Below the pieces are notes generated by a model. The model worked only from the letters and a program-made list of their open reading frames with translations. It did no database searches and was not told the DNA's origin. From a virus, in the IMG/VR virus record IMGVR_UViG_3300005535_000012, positions 1 through 39,583 of that record: a stretch of DNA of 39,583 nt; one strand, written 5' to 3'. A program made the translations under genes and the position numbers. This document shows, piece after piece, positions 17,263-26,437 of the stretch (position 1 is its first letter; each line of letters begins with the position of its first letter).

Positions 17263-18005
17263 GGCGAACTCCCGATATAGAAGTCGCCGTAGATATTATA
17301 AGTACCAGTCTGCTGACCTCGAAGCGCCGCAGGCATCTGCAACAGGGGAATTTGTGAATTTACCTGCTCGATGATGCGCATGGAAGCTTCGGCCTTCTTC
17401 TCGACAACCGGGTTCACCGGAAGCCCGTAGAAAGGGTAGAGCTCAAGCGTCAAATTCCACATCATCGCGGCCGAATATTCGGGCGGCAGCGAGATTTGAT
17501 CATTGATCGTGGTGAAATTCTGAAGCTGCTGCATCACTGTGATGTCGATCTCGTACTGATTGCTCGGGATCGGCCATACGAAGAGATTGGCGAGCGGGTA
17601 GCCCGCATCATAGAAGGCATATCGCGGGAACGAGTTCAGATCCTTCAGCGAGATGCGATCATAGTCCTCACGCGCTTTTAGAATCTCAAGCGGATAGCTG
17701 ACGGGAAGCGGCGTGTTGGTATTCTGCCGGAAATAGGCGAACTCCAGCTTGGCGGGGCGCACGATGTTGAAGTCGCCACCAGCCCCAACAGTGTATGAAA
17801 TTGCACCAGTCGCCTGCTTTGAAAGCGTGATGAGCTGGTAGACCATGTAACGCCGGCGCTGCCATTGCGCCAGCATCATGTTCAACAGGTTGAACGCATC
17901 GTTCATGTCCTCCGCAGACGCAACCTGCCCCACGCCAAGGACATTGGCTGTCCTCAGCGAAAGATTGATGATATCGGAAGGCGTCTTCGGGGAAGGGACG
18001 GTCAT
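17259..18005 (-). CDS. Head-to-tail adaptor-like protein, 248 aa
   Basis: Sits immediately upstream of the gp10-like gene. The N-terminal SDIINLSLRTANVLGVGQVASAEDMNDAFNLLNMMLAQWQ pattern is typical of podovirus adaptor/tubular-A proteins. Confidence 0.45.
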   Translation of the reverse strand: MTVPSPKTPSDIINLSLRTANVLGVGQVASAEDMNDAFNLLNMMLAQWQRRRYMVYQLITLSKQATGAISYTVGAGGDFNIVRPAKLEFAYFRQNTNTPLPVSYPLEILKAREDYDRISLKDLNSFPRYAFYDAGYPLANLFVWPIPSNQYEIDITVMQQLQNFTTINDQISLPPEYSAAMMWNLTLELYPFYGLPVNPVVEKKAEASMRIIEQVNSQIPLLQMPAALRGQQTGTYNIYGDFYIGSSP

Positions 18006-18008
18006 GGA

Positions 18009-18731
18009 TTATCCAAGGCGTTCGAGCTTGACATGAATGGCATATTTCATCGCGCCGGCCGTGCCAGAAGCATAGCTACTCGTCTGGTAAGTGATGTTCG
18101 TGCCGCCCTTTGCATACATCACTTGCTGACCTTGGCCGAATGCACCAATTGCATTTGCGGTATTGGTCGACGAAACTGAGCTCGCCAAAAGGGGCGTACT
18201 GGAGTCCAAGTCTGTCCAGCCGATGCCGATACTAGGAAGAGTCGAGGATGCTCCGTCAGCAGTTGTTTCTACCGCATAGCACGATGCCCGATAAAGACCG
18301 CCTTCTGCTGACGGAACTGCATAAAGCGTGGCAGACGAGACGTTTGCAGACTGATTGACAAGATCGATCTTGGCGATGATGGCTGCGAGACCATTACCGA
18401 CCAAGGTATCTCCGTTGTATGAGGTAAGAGACCCTGCTACTTTGGAGACTGTCGGATTAGGATACGTGCCCCCCAAATCACCGCCTGCCGTGCCAGATGG
18501 AGTCGCGCTACCCGAAATATTTACGCCCGGACCAAGTGTCACACCATCGATCGTGCCACCGAGAATATTTACTCCATCCGATCGCTCAGAACTGAGCGAC
18601 TGATAGCTGGGCGGCAACGTCGTCCCAAGATCAATAAACGTCGTCGTGAAATAGTTGACGTTCTGCTTATAGAAGACACCATTCTGGGCGTAGACAATGC
18701 TATACGCTGAACTCGGGTCGAACGTTGCCAT
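18009..18731 (-). CDS. Fibre-like protein, 240 aa (possible head/neck fibre or decoration)
   Basis: Contains GGDLGGTYPNPTVSKVAG, a motif common in phage fibre proteins. Located between the coat and adaptor genes. Confidence 0.4.
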   Translation of the reverse strand: MATFDPSSAYSIVYAQNGVFYKQNVNYFTTTFIDLGTTLPPSYQSLSSERSDGVNILGGTIDGVTLGPGVNISGSATPSGTAGGDLGGTYPNPTVSKVAGSLTSYNGDTLVGNGLAAIIAKIDLVNQSANVSSATLYAVPSAEGGLYRASCYAVETTADGASSTLPSIGIGWTDLDSSTPLLASSVSSTNTANAIGAFGQGQQVMYAKGGTNITYQTSSYASGTAGAMKYAIHVKLERLG

Positions 18732-18733
18732 GA

Positions 18734-19135
18734 TTAATGATTGGTCCAGTTAGTACCGTTGCACATGACTTCGACCACTACCGAGCCACCACCAGTTGCC
18801 GTCGCATTGTAGACCGGCGACGCCGCGCCATCCGTCTCAATCGCGATCAGGCCATTGCTCGACGAGTTGCAGGTCGGAAGCGTTGCATTCGTGAACTTGG
18901 CCGGCTGCATCAGCACACTCGCAGCATTCTGGCTGGACATCGAGCCAGCGCAGAACGGCAGCGACGCGCCGACCGAGACGCCCTGACCGTTGTAATACGT
19001 ACTGCCTTGCAGGAAAAACGTGCCGCACTGGTTGGTAATCGTCTGAAAGCCATTGCTCGGGTTGAACTGAGCATGGGCCGACATGGCGAAACTTGCACCA
19101 GCTACCGCAGCAGCGGCGATGAGAATCTTTTTCAC
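18734..19135 (-). CDS. Secreted 4-Cys protein, 133 aa
   Basis: Sec signal MKKILIAAAAVAGASFAMSAHA/QF (AxA cleavage motif); ATGA-coupled to the upstream ORF. Confidence 0.65.
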   Translation of the reverse strand: MKKILIAAAAVAGASFAMSAHAQFNPSNGFQTITNQCGTFFLQGSTYYNGQGVSVGASLPFCAGSMSSQNAASVLMQPAKFTNATLPTCNSSSNGLIAIETDGAASPVYNATATGGGSVVVEVMCNGTNWTNH

Positions 19136-19395
19136 GATTGATGCTCCTGGATGATTTGCTTCAGCTTTTCGATACCGGTTTTGTGGTGCGGATTCAGCCC
19201 GAGAGCCTTGGCTTCTGCCATCAGGGCATCCCGAAGGCTGTCAACGCTTGCTTCATCGGCAGCTTCATTGCCGACCGCAGCGTCTTCTTCCTCGCGGCTA
19301 TTCACTACAAGTCCCGAGCCGTCAGCCAACGTCACCCATTTCGGATATTCGTGGAAGACGTACGGTGCAGTGAAATTGCGCATGTTCGGATACAT
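19132..19395 (-). CDS. Hypothetical protein, 87 aa, acidic centre, helical C-terminus
   Basis: First ORF after the post-coat terminator. Contains the EYPKWV motif seen in many small phage proteins. Confidence 0.55.
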   Translation of the reverse strand: MYPNMRNFTAPYVFHEYPKWVTLADGSGLVVNSREEEDAAVGNEAADEASVDSLRDALMAEAKALGLNPHHKTGIEKLKQIIQEHQS

Positions 19396-19405
19396 CGACT
19401 GCCCC

Positions 19406-19433
19406 TAAAAAGGGACCGGGACGAACCCGGTCC
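19406..19433 (-). terminator. Rho-independent terminator/attenuator just downstream of the coat gene
   Basis: On the minus strand: ggaccggg-ttcgt-cccggtcc (8-bp GC stem) followed by cttttta. Confidence 0.7.
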
Positions 19434-19456
19434 AAGCACCACTCGGAGGAGACTCT

Positions 19457-20659
19457 TTAAAGAACGTCGGCTACAATCGATGCCCATTCCGGTCTAATAG
19501 CAGCAAACCCATACAGGACATCGAGCCTCGTGACCAAATTGTCCGACATCACGTCGTACGCCGTAATCATTCGCATCGCGACGCCATCGAACTCGGCGCG
19601 AGCCGACTCCACTACGCCTTGGGTGGGCATGACCAGATCGGCGGTTGCCAGCGTGAACGCTTCCGGATAGAAGGCCAGGTTCTGGCGATACGACGAGCCA
19701 GCAGCCATCACGAGCGAGATCGTTGCACCGTTAGCCGGCGATGCCGTAACAGTGTTGAACGCAGCCGGAGCCGGGACAATTGCCGGATAGATCGGGATCG
19801 ACGTAGCACCGCTTGCGACGTTAGCCGTGACCACGAACTGGCGCAGGACGCCTTGCGTAAGACCCGTGAGGCGGTTGATCGCGTTGACGCCGGCAATCGT
19901 GATGATGTCGCCTGCGTTCAGCGTGCCGGTGATGGCGTTGACCGTCAGCGTGTTGCCCGTCTGGTTGGCGCCGTTGACGGTGCCAGCCGTGAATGAACCG
20001 ACCGTATGGATCTGGGTCGTCTGGTCGCTGTACCAATCGAAGCCCAGCGTGTCGGTCGTGATCATGCCGGTTTCATACTGATCAGCAATCTTACGCTGCG
20101 GGTTGAACAGGCCAGCCAGCGACGTGACGGTGCGAGCTTCCGTCTGCATGTCCATGATGACCGTGCGATCCATGCGCGGCGCGAGGTTTTGCGAGAGCTG
20201 GGCCCCAGCATTGAGCCACGTGCCAGCATCCGGCGAGACTAGGTTGCCGGAGCCATCGGTCTTGAACGAGATGTTCGCAGCCGAATTCGAGACGCTGATC
20301 AGATCGCTTGCTACCGAAGCCGCAAGGCGGTTGATCGCAGGAGCCAGAATCCGCTCGCTGTAATCATCCAGCGACATCGTTTTCTCGGCCGTGCCGAACG
20401 AAACCGGGACATTCTTCTGCGTTGCCACAGTCAGCGTCGTGTTTTGCTCGTTCGTGCCTTGCGGAGTGATCGCCGGACCCGAGTTGACAACATAGTCGTT
20501 CGGGAGGCGGATCCGCAGCGTGTTGCCGATCTTGGCACCAGTGCGGGCGAATTGGTCGTCGTATTGACGGTTGACACGGCGAAGGAAGGCATTCGTCTGC
20601 GAGAACAGGCGAACAGCTTCGTTCGTAATTTGATTGATTGTGAGCAGAGAGTTGCTCAT
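19457..20659 (-). CDS. Major capsid (coat) protein, P22-coat-like, 400 aa (start moved to ATG 20659)
   Basis: GGAG 6 nt upstream of ATG 20659. Size, position after the scaffold gene, and sequence pattern resemble P22/BPP-1-type coat proteins. Confidence 0.8.
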   Translation of the reverse strand: MSNSLLTINQITNEAVRLFSQTNAFLRRVNRQYDDQFARTGAKIGNTLRIRLPNDYVVNSGPAITPQGTNEQNTTLTVATQKNVPVSFGTAEKTMSLDDYSERILAPAINRLAASVASDLISVSNSAANISFKTDGSGNLVSPDAGTWLNAGAQLSQNLAPRMDRTVIMDMQTEARTVTSLAGLFNPQRKIADQYETGMITTDTLGFDWYSDQTTQIHTVGSFTAGTVNGANQTGNTLTVNAITGTLNAGDIITIAGVNAINRLTGLTQGVLRQFVVTANVASGATSIPIYPAIVPAPAAFNTVTASPANGATISLVMAAGSSYRQNLAFYPEAFTLATADLVMPTQGVVESARAEFDGVAMRMITAYDVMSDNLVTRLDVLYGFAAIRPEWASIVADVL

Positions 20660-20730
20660 ATTGATCTCCAAAGCAAAAACAAAGAGGCCATTTCTGGCGG
20701 CTTGTCCCTGCCCTGCGGAGACCAACTTGA

Positions 20731-20812
20731 CGGGCTTACCCGACGATTGCGGCTCGTCTCAGCCTGAATACCCGGAAATAAATCCCTTCCGGTAACTGAA
20801 AGGGTAAGCCCG
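20731..20812 (-). promoter_or_regulatory. Structured intergenic leader between the scaffold and coat genes
   Basis: 11-bp inverted repeat cgggcttaccc (20731-20741) / gggtaagcccg (20802-20812) enclosing the hairpin ccggaa...ttccgg (20772-20792). Confidence 0.35.
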
Positions 20813-20825
20813 AAGTAAATAATGT

Positions 20826-21560
20826 CTAGCGCTTGCTCTTGCGATTCTTATTCCGCCACTCTACCCACTTCTTCGTATCGCTCGGATCGGGTTCGGTCGA
20901 ATCGCTCGCGCTGCTGCCACCCCCATCCACTGTCTGCACGGGCGGCGGTGCCTTGCTCACCTGCTTGCTGAGTGCTTTGGCAGCTTTCGGCGCAAGCTTC
21001 ATCATCTCAATACCCATCTGAACCGGATCCAGCGACGAGATGCGCATGGCTTCGTCGATGTTCTCGTTCTTGCCGAGATAGGTGACGAGCTTTTCGGCTC
21101 CATCAATTGAAGTAAGGACTTTCAGGAAGTCAACGCCCCCGACGCCGGCCATGTTCAAGTTCTGAGTGGCTTTTTCGAACTCATCGCCGAATTCTTTCGC
21201 GCCGGCTTCATTGATGCGAGCGATGCCGCTATTCAACGACTCGCTGGCCTTCTCTTCGTTGCGCAGGCGTTGAGCATAGGCGCGAGCGAGTTCTTCGACA
21301 TTCTGATTGGGCGATTGATGAGTTTGCTGAACTTCGCCGCCTGACTGCTGCGCCGCACGAAGACGATTCAGTTCAGCCTCCAGCTCAGCAGCACGCGCTT
21401 CCGCTGCCCGACGCGCCGCGGTGATCTCACTGATGCGCTTGGGCACCCATGAGGTATCAGGCCGTTCCTGCGTCTCAGTATGTTGCTGCTCAACCTGCTG
21501 AGTTTCTGTTTGCTGCTGCTCGGTCGATTCGGTCTGCTGTTCGCTCTGAACATCGCTCAT
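20826..21560 (-). CDS. Scaffolding protein, 244 aa
   Basis: Lies between the portal and coat genes. Glu/Gln/Ala-rich helical sequence with a basic C-terminus. Confidence 0.7.
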   Translation of the reverse strand: MSDVQSEQQTESTEQQQTETQQVEQQHTETQERPDTSWVPKRISEITAARRAAEARAAELEAELNRLRAAQQSGGEVQQTHQSPNQNVEELARAYAQRLRNEEKASESLNSGIARINEAGAKEFGDEFEKATQNLNMAGVGGVDFLKVLTSIDGAEKLVTYLGKNENIDEAMRISSLDPVQMGIEMMKLAPKAAKALSKQVSKAPPPVQTVDGGGSSASDSTEPDPSDTKKWVEWRNKNRKSKR

Positions 21561-21575
21561 TTTTCTCTCCGGTGG

Positions 21576-23759
21576 TTATTGCTGGGGCTGCTGAGTTGTT
21601 TGAGGTTCTTGAACTGGTGCCAAGACATTTTGAATGCCAGCGGCGTATAGATTAGCAGGATCCGTCATATCAGGCAGCACGCCAGCATCAGGATTGGATG
21701 CTCGCAGAATTTCTGCCAATGTCTTCCGAATAATAGGCTCAATAGCCCCTTCACCCATAGCGGGAACCAGCGCCTTGAGCCGGTCAGTCTCGGCCTTAAA
21801 TGCATCCAGAATGGCCTTGTTGTCATTCTCCATGCGCAGAGCGAGATGGTTAAGCGCATCCATGTCAACGCGCTTCTCTTCAAGCTGATGCTGCACATTT
21901 TTATCGTTCAATGCCTGGTGCAATTGATTGATGATCTGCGTGGCCTGCTGCAACTGCCCTTGAAGCTGCTGCACCTGAGGATCAACGCCTCCGAATACGG
22001 ACGGATTCGTAGCTTTAATCCAATTACGCATGCGCTCCGCGAGCTTATCAGCGTTAGGGAAATCCGCGTTGCTCATGTAGATATCGCCAATCACCTGAGC
22101 CATGGCCGGCTGAGCCGCCAATAGTTGCGTCTGGGCATCAAAAGCCTGCTCGCGACGCGTCTCAAAGCTCGGGCCGCTTTGGGCGATGACATTGTATCGA
22201 CCCACCTTCGGGTTGAAGATCGCTTTGATCTTTGCTTCGCCTTCGTCCTCCGACATTTGGAGCGATTGCTTTTGTTCTGGATCGATCTGGACTTGGCTTT
22301 CCTCGCCCGATTCCTCATCAGTGATAAGTAATGTGCGCCGCGTATCGTAATACTTCGGAATCAGGTCGATCAACTGGACGCCAGTGAAGCGGATCGCATC
22401 TGCCATGGCATCCTGATAGTTGAAAGTGACGCGCTGGCCTTGTTTCTGGCGCTGCTCGATCGCCACGCCGGCAACTTCGTTTCCTTGTTCGCTGAAAGTG
22501 GCTTCATATTGGCCCGACGCCATCATCATCTGATGTTCGGCAGCCTGCATTCCTTCAAGATAGACAGGAGCGCTAGTCGGCGGCTGCTGACGTTTAGGCT
22601 CAGGGATGGGATTGCCATTCTCGTCAGCATGGTTGTATGGCAAATAGGCGTGATTCTGGGTATTCGCTGTGGACCAATAGTTCTCAAGCCCTTCGACGGC
22701 CTCAACAGGAGCGGTATAAGGCGATTTCGACTGCAATGCGCCATATTCCAACGCGGCAGAAGCGTTGTAGTTGTAAGCCCGCTGCGAATCTTTGAGATAT
22801 CGCGTCAAGCCCTTTCGATCGAGGCGCCCTTCGATGACGATTTCCTCGCCAGGCACGCGAATGATCGGGATGTACTTCCCAAGCCATACCGAGGTCTCGA
22901 CAATCTCGTCGCCAACGATCAGATACCAATTGACATGCCATTTCGGGACGCGGCGCCGCTGGGCTTTGCCATCCTCCATAGCCTGAGTCAGGATATCGCG
23001 AGCCTCGACAGGGATGGTTGACTCTCGAACGAGCGTCGTGCCGCCGTCATCCTGATCAATCGCATACAGCCATTCGCTGCCTTCTTCGCGCTCGTAATAT
23101 TCGGCCACACGGATCGAATCCTTACGCGTCCATGCTAGCTCCCCTTCGCCCATCACGGCCTTGGCGGATGCCTTCGGATACTTCTTCTCAGCCTTCTCGC
23201 GCGGCATGTCATCAAACACGAACGCATAATTGGCGTCAGATCCATCCGTCTTCTTGATGTGCGGATCCATGTAGATCGATAGCGGATCTTGCACTTCCCG
23301 GATGAACAGGTCTTGGTCGAAGCTGTCGTCATCGACGTAATCCGAGACGATGCGCCAGTATCCAATCCCCGCGCCCACCTGAAACTCCATCGCCTTCTTA
23401 TAGGCTGCCTTGGCGTTCGAGATGTATTCGATGCGACGCACAATTTGCTGGAAGATCTGGGCGCTCTCATATGTCGATTCATTGCCAGTCGCGCTGATGC
23501 GGACAGACGGCTGATTCTCTTTGCCAAAGTTGACGACATGCAGCCAGTGCGTGTGCGTCTTGTTGATCGTCACCATCGGCTGACCGGCGAGCTGGCGCTG
23601 TGCCCGCACTGCGGCATTCCACTGATCCTGGTTGTCAGGGTCAGCAAATAGGAACCGAACGTCGTCTTTGAAGCGCGAGCGAGCCGCCTGCTCCCATTCC
23701 ACGCAGGCTGAAAAGCGCTCGTGCGCTCGCTTGATGATGTCTTTCTTGCGCTCAGCCAT
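21576..23759 (-). CDS. Portal protein, P22-type with long C-terminal coiled-coil barrel, 727 aa
   Basis: Length close to P22 gp1 (725 aa); position after TerL; C-terminal ~120 aa are Gln/Leu-rich coiled coil. Confidence 0.85.
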   Translation of the reverse strand: MAERKKDIIKRAHERFSACVEWEQAARSRFKDDVRFLFADPDNQDQWNAAVRAQRQLAGQPMVTINKTHTHWLHVVNFGKENQPSVRISATGNESTYESAQIFQQIVRRIEYISNAKAAYKKAMEFQVGAGIGYWRIVSDYVDDDSFDQDLFIREVQDPLSIYMDPHIKKTDGSDANYAFVFDDMPREKAEKKYPKASAKAVMGEGELAWTRKDSIRVAEYYEREEGSEWLYAIDQDDGGTTLVRESTIPVEARDILTQAMEDGKAQRRRVPKWHVNWYLIVGDEIVETSVWLGKYIPIIRVPGEEIVIEGRLDRKGLTRYLKDSQRAYNYNASAALEYGALQSKSPYTAPVEAVEGLENYWSTANTQNHAYLPYNHADENGNPIPEPKRQQPPTSAPVYLEGMQAAEHQMMMASGQYEATFSEQGNEVAGVAIEQRQKQGQRVTFNYQDAMADAIRFTGVQLIDLIPKYYDTRRTLLITDEESGEESQVQIDPEQKQSLQMSEDEGEAKIKAIFNPKVGRYNVIAQSGPSFETRREQAFDAQTQLLAAQPAMAQVIGDIYMSNADFPNADKLAERMRNWIKATNPSVFGGVDPQVQQLQGQLQQATQIINQLHQALNDKNVQHQLEEKRVDMDALNHLALRMENDNKAILDAFKAETDRLKALVPAMGEGAIEPIIRKTLAEILRASNPDAGVLPDMTDPANLYAAGIQNVLAPVQEPQTTQQPQQ

Positions 23760-23762
23760 GTT

Positions 23763-25103
23763 TTAGCCCATCCAATAGCCAGGCGTCACCCGGCCATGAT
23801 TGACGACCCCTGTCGGGCGTGTTTTGTGTTCTTTGCGCGGAGCCTTGGGCTCACGGAGTGCCACAGCCATATATCCAAATGCATCTGCCGCGTGAGAAGC
23901 CCAGTCGTGAAGCGGCTCATTGCTGAACTGCTTCGTCTCTTCGTCCACGTTGTAGCGGTAATTGTTCAGCGCGTCCAAGCCAATCGAACATTTCTCTTGG
24001 TCGAAATAGATCATCGGGAAGATGGTGCGAGCGGCTTCGATGCGCGTGTCGATCGATGTCTTCGGCACAGTCCGCACCTTAAAACCAGCATCGCGGAGCT
24101 GCTGAGCAACTGTACGCTTGGACGCCAACAGCTCGTTGTTAGCGTCATGAGGAAGCCAGCAGTCGCCATACACATAGCGCTTGCCTTGTAGCTCGATAGC
24201 ATATTCGCTGATGTGCTTGCCAGTTCCTTCGAGATAATCGATCACGCGGTACTCGAACGGCCCAAGCTGGGCGAACCAGATCGTAGTCTTGTCTGCACGT
24301 CCCAAATCCCAGAAGAGATGCACCGGCTTACTCGGATCGTATGGCACCCGCATGATGCGCGAAGCAGCCTCCCGAATCTCGCGAGCGTAGACAGCACCCA
24401 AGATCGGTGCCTCAAACGAGCACATGAACTCTTGGTCGAACAGAGCATTGCCCATGGCCTCGCCGAAGTCTCGTACATATTCGGCGCGGAGTTTGGCTAG
24501 CTTCTCGGCATCATACTGGCCGGTATCTACCGCCGTGAGGATTTGCGCAAACGCATCAGGGTCACTCTGAGCACCTTGATATGTGGTGTAGGCATGGTTC
24601 TTTCCTCGAGGCGTCGTGATGAATATCTGCCAGCCATTGTTCTCGGCAATGATCGGCCGTAGATATGCCTTCGCCGCAGGATTCGAAAGCGCCCATTCAG
24701 AATAGACAATACCTACCGGCGGCGCACCCACCATAGCATTATAGTTGTCCGATCCAAGAACCTGCCATGTCGAGCCGTTGATGAACTCGATATACATCTC
24801 TTGGTCATTCTTCTTGCGCCGGATGGCCTCGGGGAATGCCTCATCGATACGCTTCTTCCCAGAGCGCGGATTCACTGCATTCCAGATAGCCTTGCGAGCC
24901 TGAGCCGCCATCGGGAGCATATGCCAGTAGCAGCCGATGCGCTCAAAGGCTGCTACCGCAGTTCGATGGAGAGCAACCTCATCCTTACCACTCCGGCGCG
25001 CCCAGATCAGCTCAGCATGCTTGCCGCCGCGCTCTAGGTAGTTCCATGCTTCGCGCTGATATCCTCGCGGCACCCAATTATTCGGCAGCTGGATCGTCGT
25101 CAC
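23763..25103 (-). CDS. terL: Terminase large subunit, 446 aa
   Basis: Walker-A-like WARRSGKDEV near the N-terminus; acidic nuclease-type C-terminal half; immediately upstream of the portal gene. Confidence 0.85.
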   Translation of the reverse strand: MTTIQLPNNWVPRGYQREAWNYLERGGKHAELIWARRSGKDEVALHRTAVAAFERIGCYWHMLPMAAQARKAIWNAVNPRSGKKRIDEAFPEAIRRKKNDQEMYIEFINGSTWQVLGSDNYNAMVGAPPVGIVYSEWALSNPAAKAYLRPIIAENNGWQIFITTPRGKNHAYTTYQGAQSDPDAFAQILTAVDTGQYDAEKLAKLRAEYVRDFGEAMGNALFDQEFMCSFEAPILGAVYAREIREAASRIMRVPYDPSKPVHLFWDLGRADKTTIWFAQLGPFEYRVIDYLEGTGKHISEYAIELQGKRYVYGDCWLPHDANNELLASKRTVAQQLRDAGFKVRTVPKTSIDTRIEAARTIFPMIYFDQEKCSIGLDALNNYRYNVDEETKQFSNEPLHDWASHAADAFGYMAVALREPKAPRKEHKTRPTGVVNHGRVTPGYWMG

Positions 25104-25371
25104 CTTTCGCTCCGAATCGAATGATCTGAATGCTGAATGGCTCCCCTTCGGGCCCGCTTACCTCAACGGCTTGGGCAGCCTTGCCATAGGCGCGGTCCAT
25201 GATCTCTTTGGAAGCGGCAATACGCGCAGTGTCGTTCTCACTATCGCGCATGATATTGACGAGCGTATCAATGGCTTCCGGCCCATATTGCTGAGCCAAC
25301 GACTTGACCTCGGCAGTGCTCTTGTTTGGCGTGCCTTTCTGGCGTCCTCCGGTTTTTATTCCCTTGGCCAT
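25078..25371 (-). CDS. Candidate terminase small subunit, 97 aa
   Basis: Position directly upstream of, and overlapping, terL. Basic N-terminus KTGGRQKGTPNKST, typical of small DNA-binding packaging proteins. Confidence 0.4.
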   Translation of the reverse strand: MAKGIKTGGRQKGTPNKSTAEVKSLAQQYGPEAIDTLVNIMRDSENDTARIAASKEIMDRAYGKAAQAVEVSGPEGEPFSIQIIRFGAKGDDDPAAE

Positions 25372-25388
25372 AGATTTTCTATATAGCT

Positions 25389-25580
25389 CTACTTCAGACC
25401 ATAAATTTTTCCCGCACTTACCCGGTTCGTCAGCACATGCCAGTAGATTGCATTAGCTGCCATCCGAGCGGCCGATTGACGTGCTTCTTGCTCAAGTACA
25501 TCCTCAAGAGTTGCGCCCATGAATTCAGTGAGTTCCGAGCGGCGACGAATTCGATGTTCGAGATTGTTCTTTTTCATCAT
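25389..25580 (-). CDS. Hypothetical protein, 63 aa
   Basis: ORF coupled to the upstream gene (TGATG). Confidence 0.5.
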   Translation of the reverse strand: MMKKNNLEHRIRRRSELTEFMGATLEDVLEQEARQSAARMAANAIYWHVLTNRVSAGKIYGLK

Positions 25581-26041
25581 CAGTTCCCGATCGGTACATT
25601 CGATAGGCCGTAATGAACAGAGACGCGTACGGAAGCAGCGGTGAGGGCAACGCTCAATGATACGGAGATCGTGCTTCCACTCGTGCTGCTGGCCCAGAAA
25701 GCCCCAGGAGAGCTAGTCTGGCGAATTACCGTAGGCTGAGCGGGAGAAGCGGCAGCAGACGGGAAATAGGCGCGCAGCGTGGCGAGCGCTCCGTCCACTG
25801 AATCAGTGACGCTAATCAGATTCATCCCAGCTGCTCCAATCGTCGCAGTCGGATCGATTGTGATCTGAACTGCGGGGATGAACACATATTTGCCTGCCGG
25901 CACAGTGATCAGCGTTTGAGGGCTCGTCCCGCTAGCAGAATTGAGGGTAACGGCGGCGAACTTGGTGGGGATGAATTGCCCCAGAAGTTGGCGCGTATAT
26001 CCTTGCGGGTCGGCGTATTGGATTGTGATGCCTTGGCTCAT
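25580..26041 (-). CDS. Hypothetical beta-rich protein, 153 aa
   Basis: ATGA overlap with the upstream ORF; Ser/Thr/Ala/Val-rich. Confidence 0.55.
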   Translation of the reverse strand: MSQGITIQYADPQGYTRQLLGQFIPTKFAAVTLNSASGTSPQTLITVPAGKYVFIPAVQITIDPTATIGAAGMNLISVTDSVDGALATLRAYFPSAAASPAQPTVIRQTSSPGAFWASSTSGSTISVSLSVALTAASVRVSVHYGLSNVPIGN

Positions 26042-26223
26042 TTCTTTTTCATCCCTTTGAGGGTTTCAGCCAAACGAGCCCGCTGGCCTTCTTTGCCGCC
26101 CTTCTTCGCGGCGGCTGCGAGCTTCTTAGCGGGGATCTTCTTCCCTTCAGGAACCCCAAGTTCCTTGTGCAAGGCACCGGGTTTCTTGATTGCGCCCTTG
26201 ATCCAATTCTTAGCCATTTTCAT
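26038..26223 (-). CDS. Small Lys-rich protein, 61 aa
   Basis: KKPGALHKELGVPEGKKIPAKKL motif, recurrent in small phage/bacterial proteins of unknown function. Confidence 0.5.
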   Translation of the reverse strand: MKMAKNWIKGAIKKPGALHKELGVPEGKKIPAKKLAAAAKKGGKEGQRARLAETLKGMKKK

Positions 26224-26437
26224 GCCCCGGCATTTTTATCTTGATCGTAGTCTTTGATGATTCAACGCCACAGGACTTCCTCAGATCAGAGAGACGATTG
26301 GACATTTCAAAATCCTTGTAATGCCGATCCATATCTTTAAGAAAGAGGAAAAGCCCCCGATTGATCACCTCAGCCGAGAGAAGGGAGTTGATCGGAAAAA
26401 AATCGATCGACCCATCCTTCCGGATTGTCGCACTCAC
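26210..26437 (-). CDS. Hypothetical protein, 75 aa, AT-richer gene
   Basis: GTGA coupling to the upstream ORF; composition visibly AT-richer than its neighbours. Confidence 0.5.
   Translation of the reverse strand: MSATIRKDGSIDFFPINSLLSAEVINRGLFLFLKDMDRHYKDFEMSNRLSDLRKSCGVESSKTTIKIKMPGHENG

Noticed and set aside
3088-19135. Diversity-generating retroelement, as in BPP-1-like phages, acting on the fibre/tailspike genes.
   Set aside because: No reverse-transcriptase ORF exists anywhere in the window. I found no template/variable repeat pair near the 3' ends of 6015-8042, 18009-18731 or 3088-3879.
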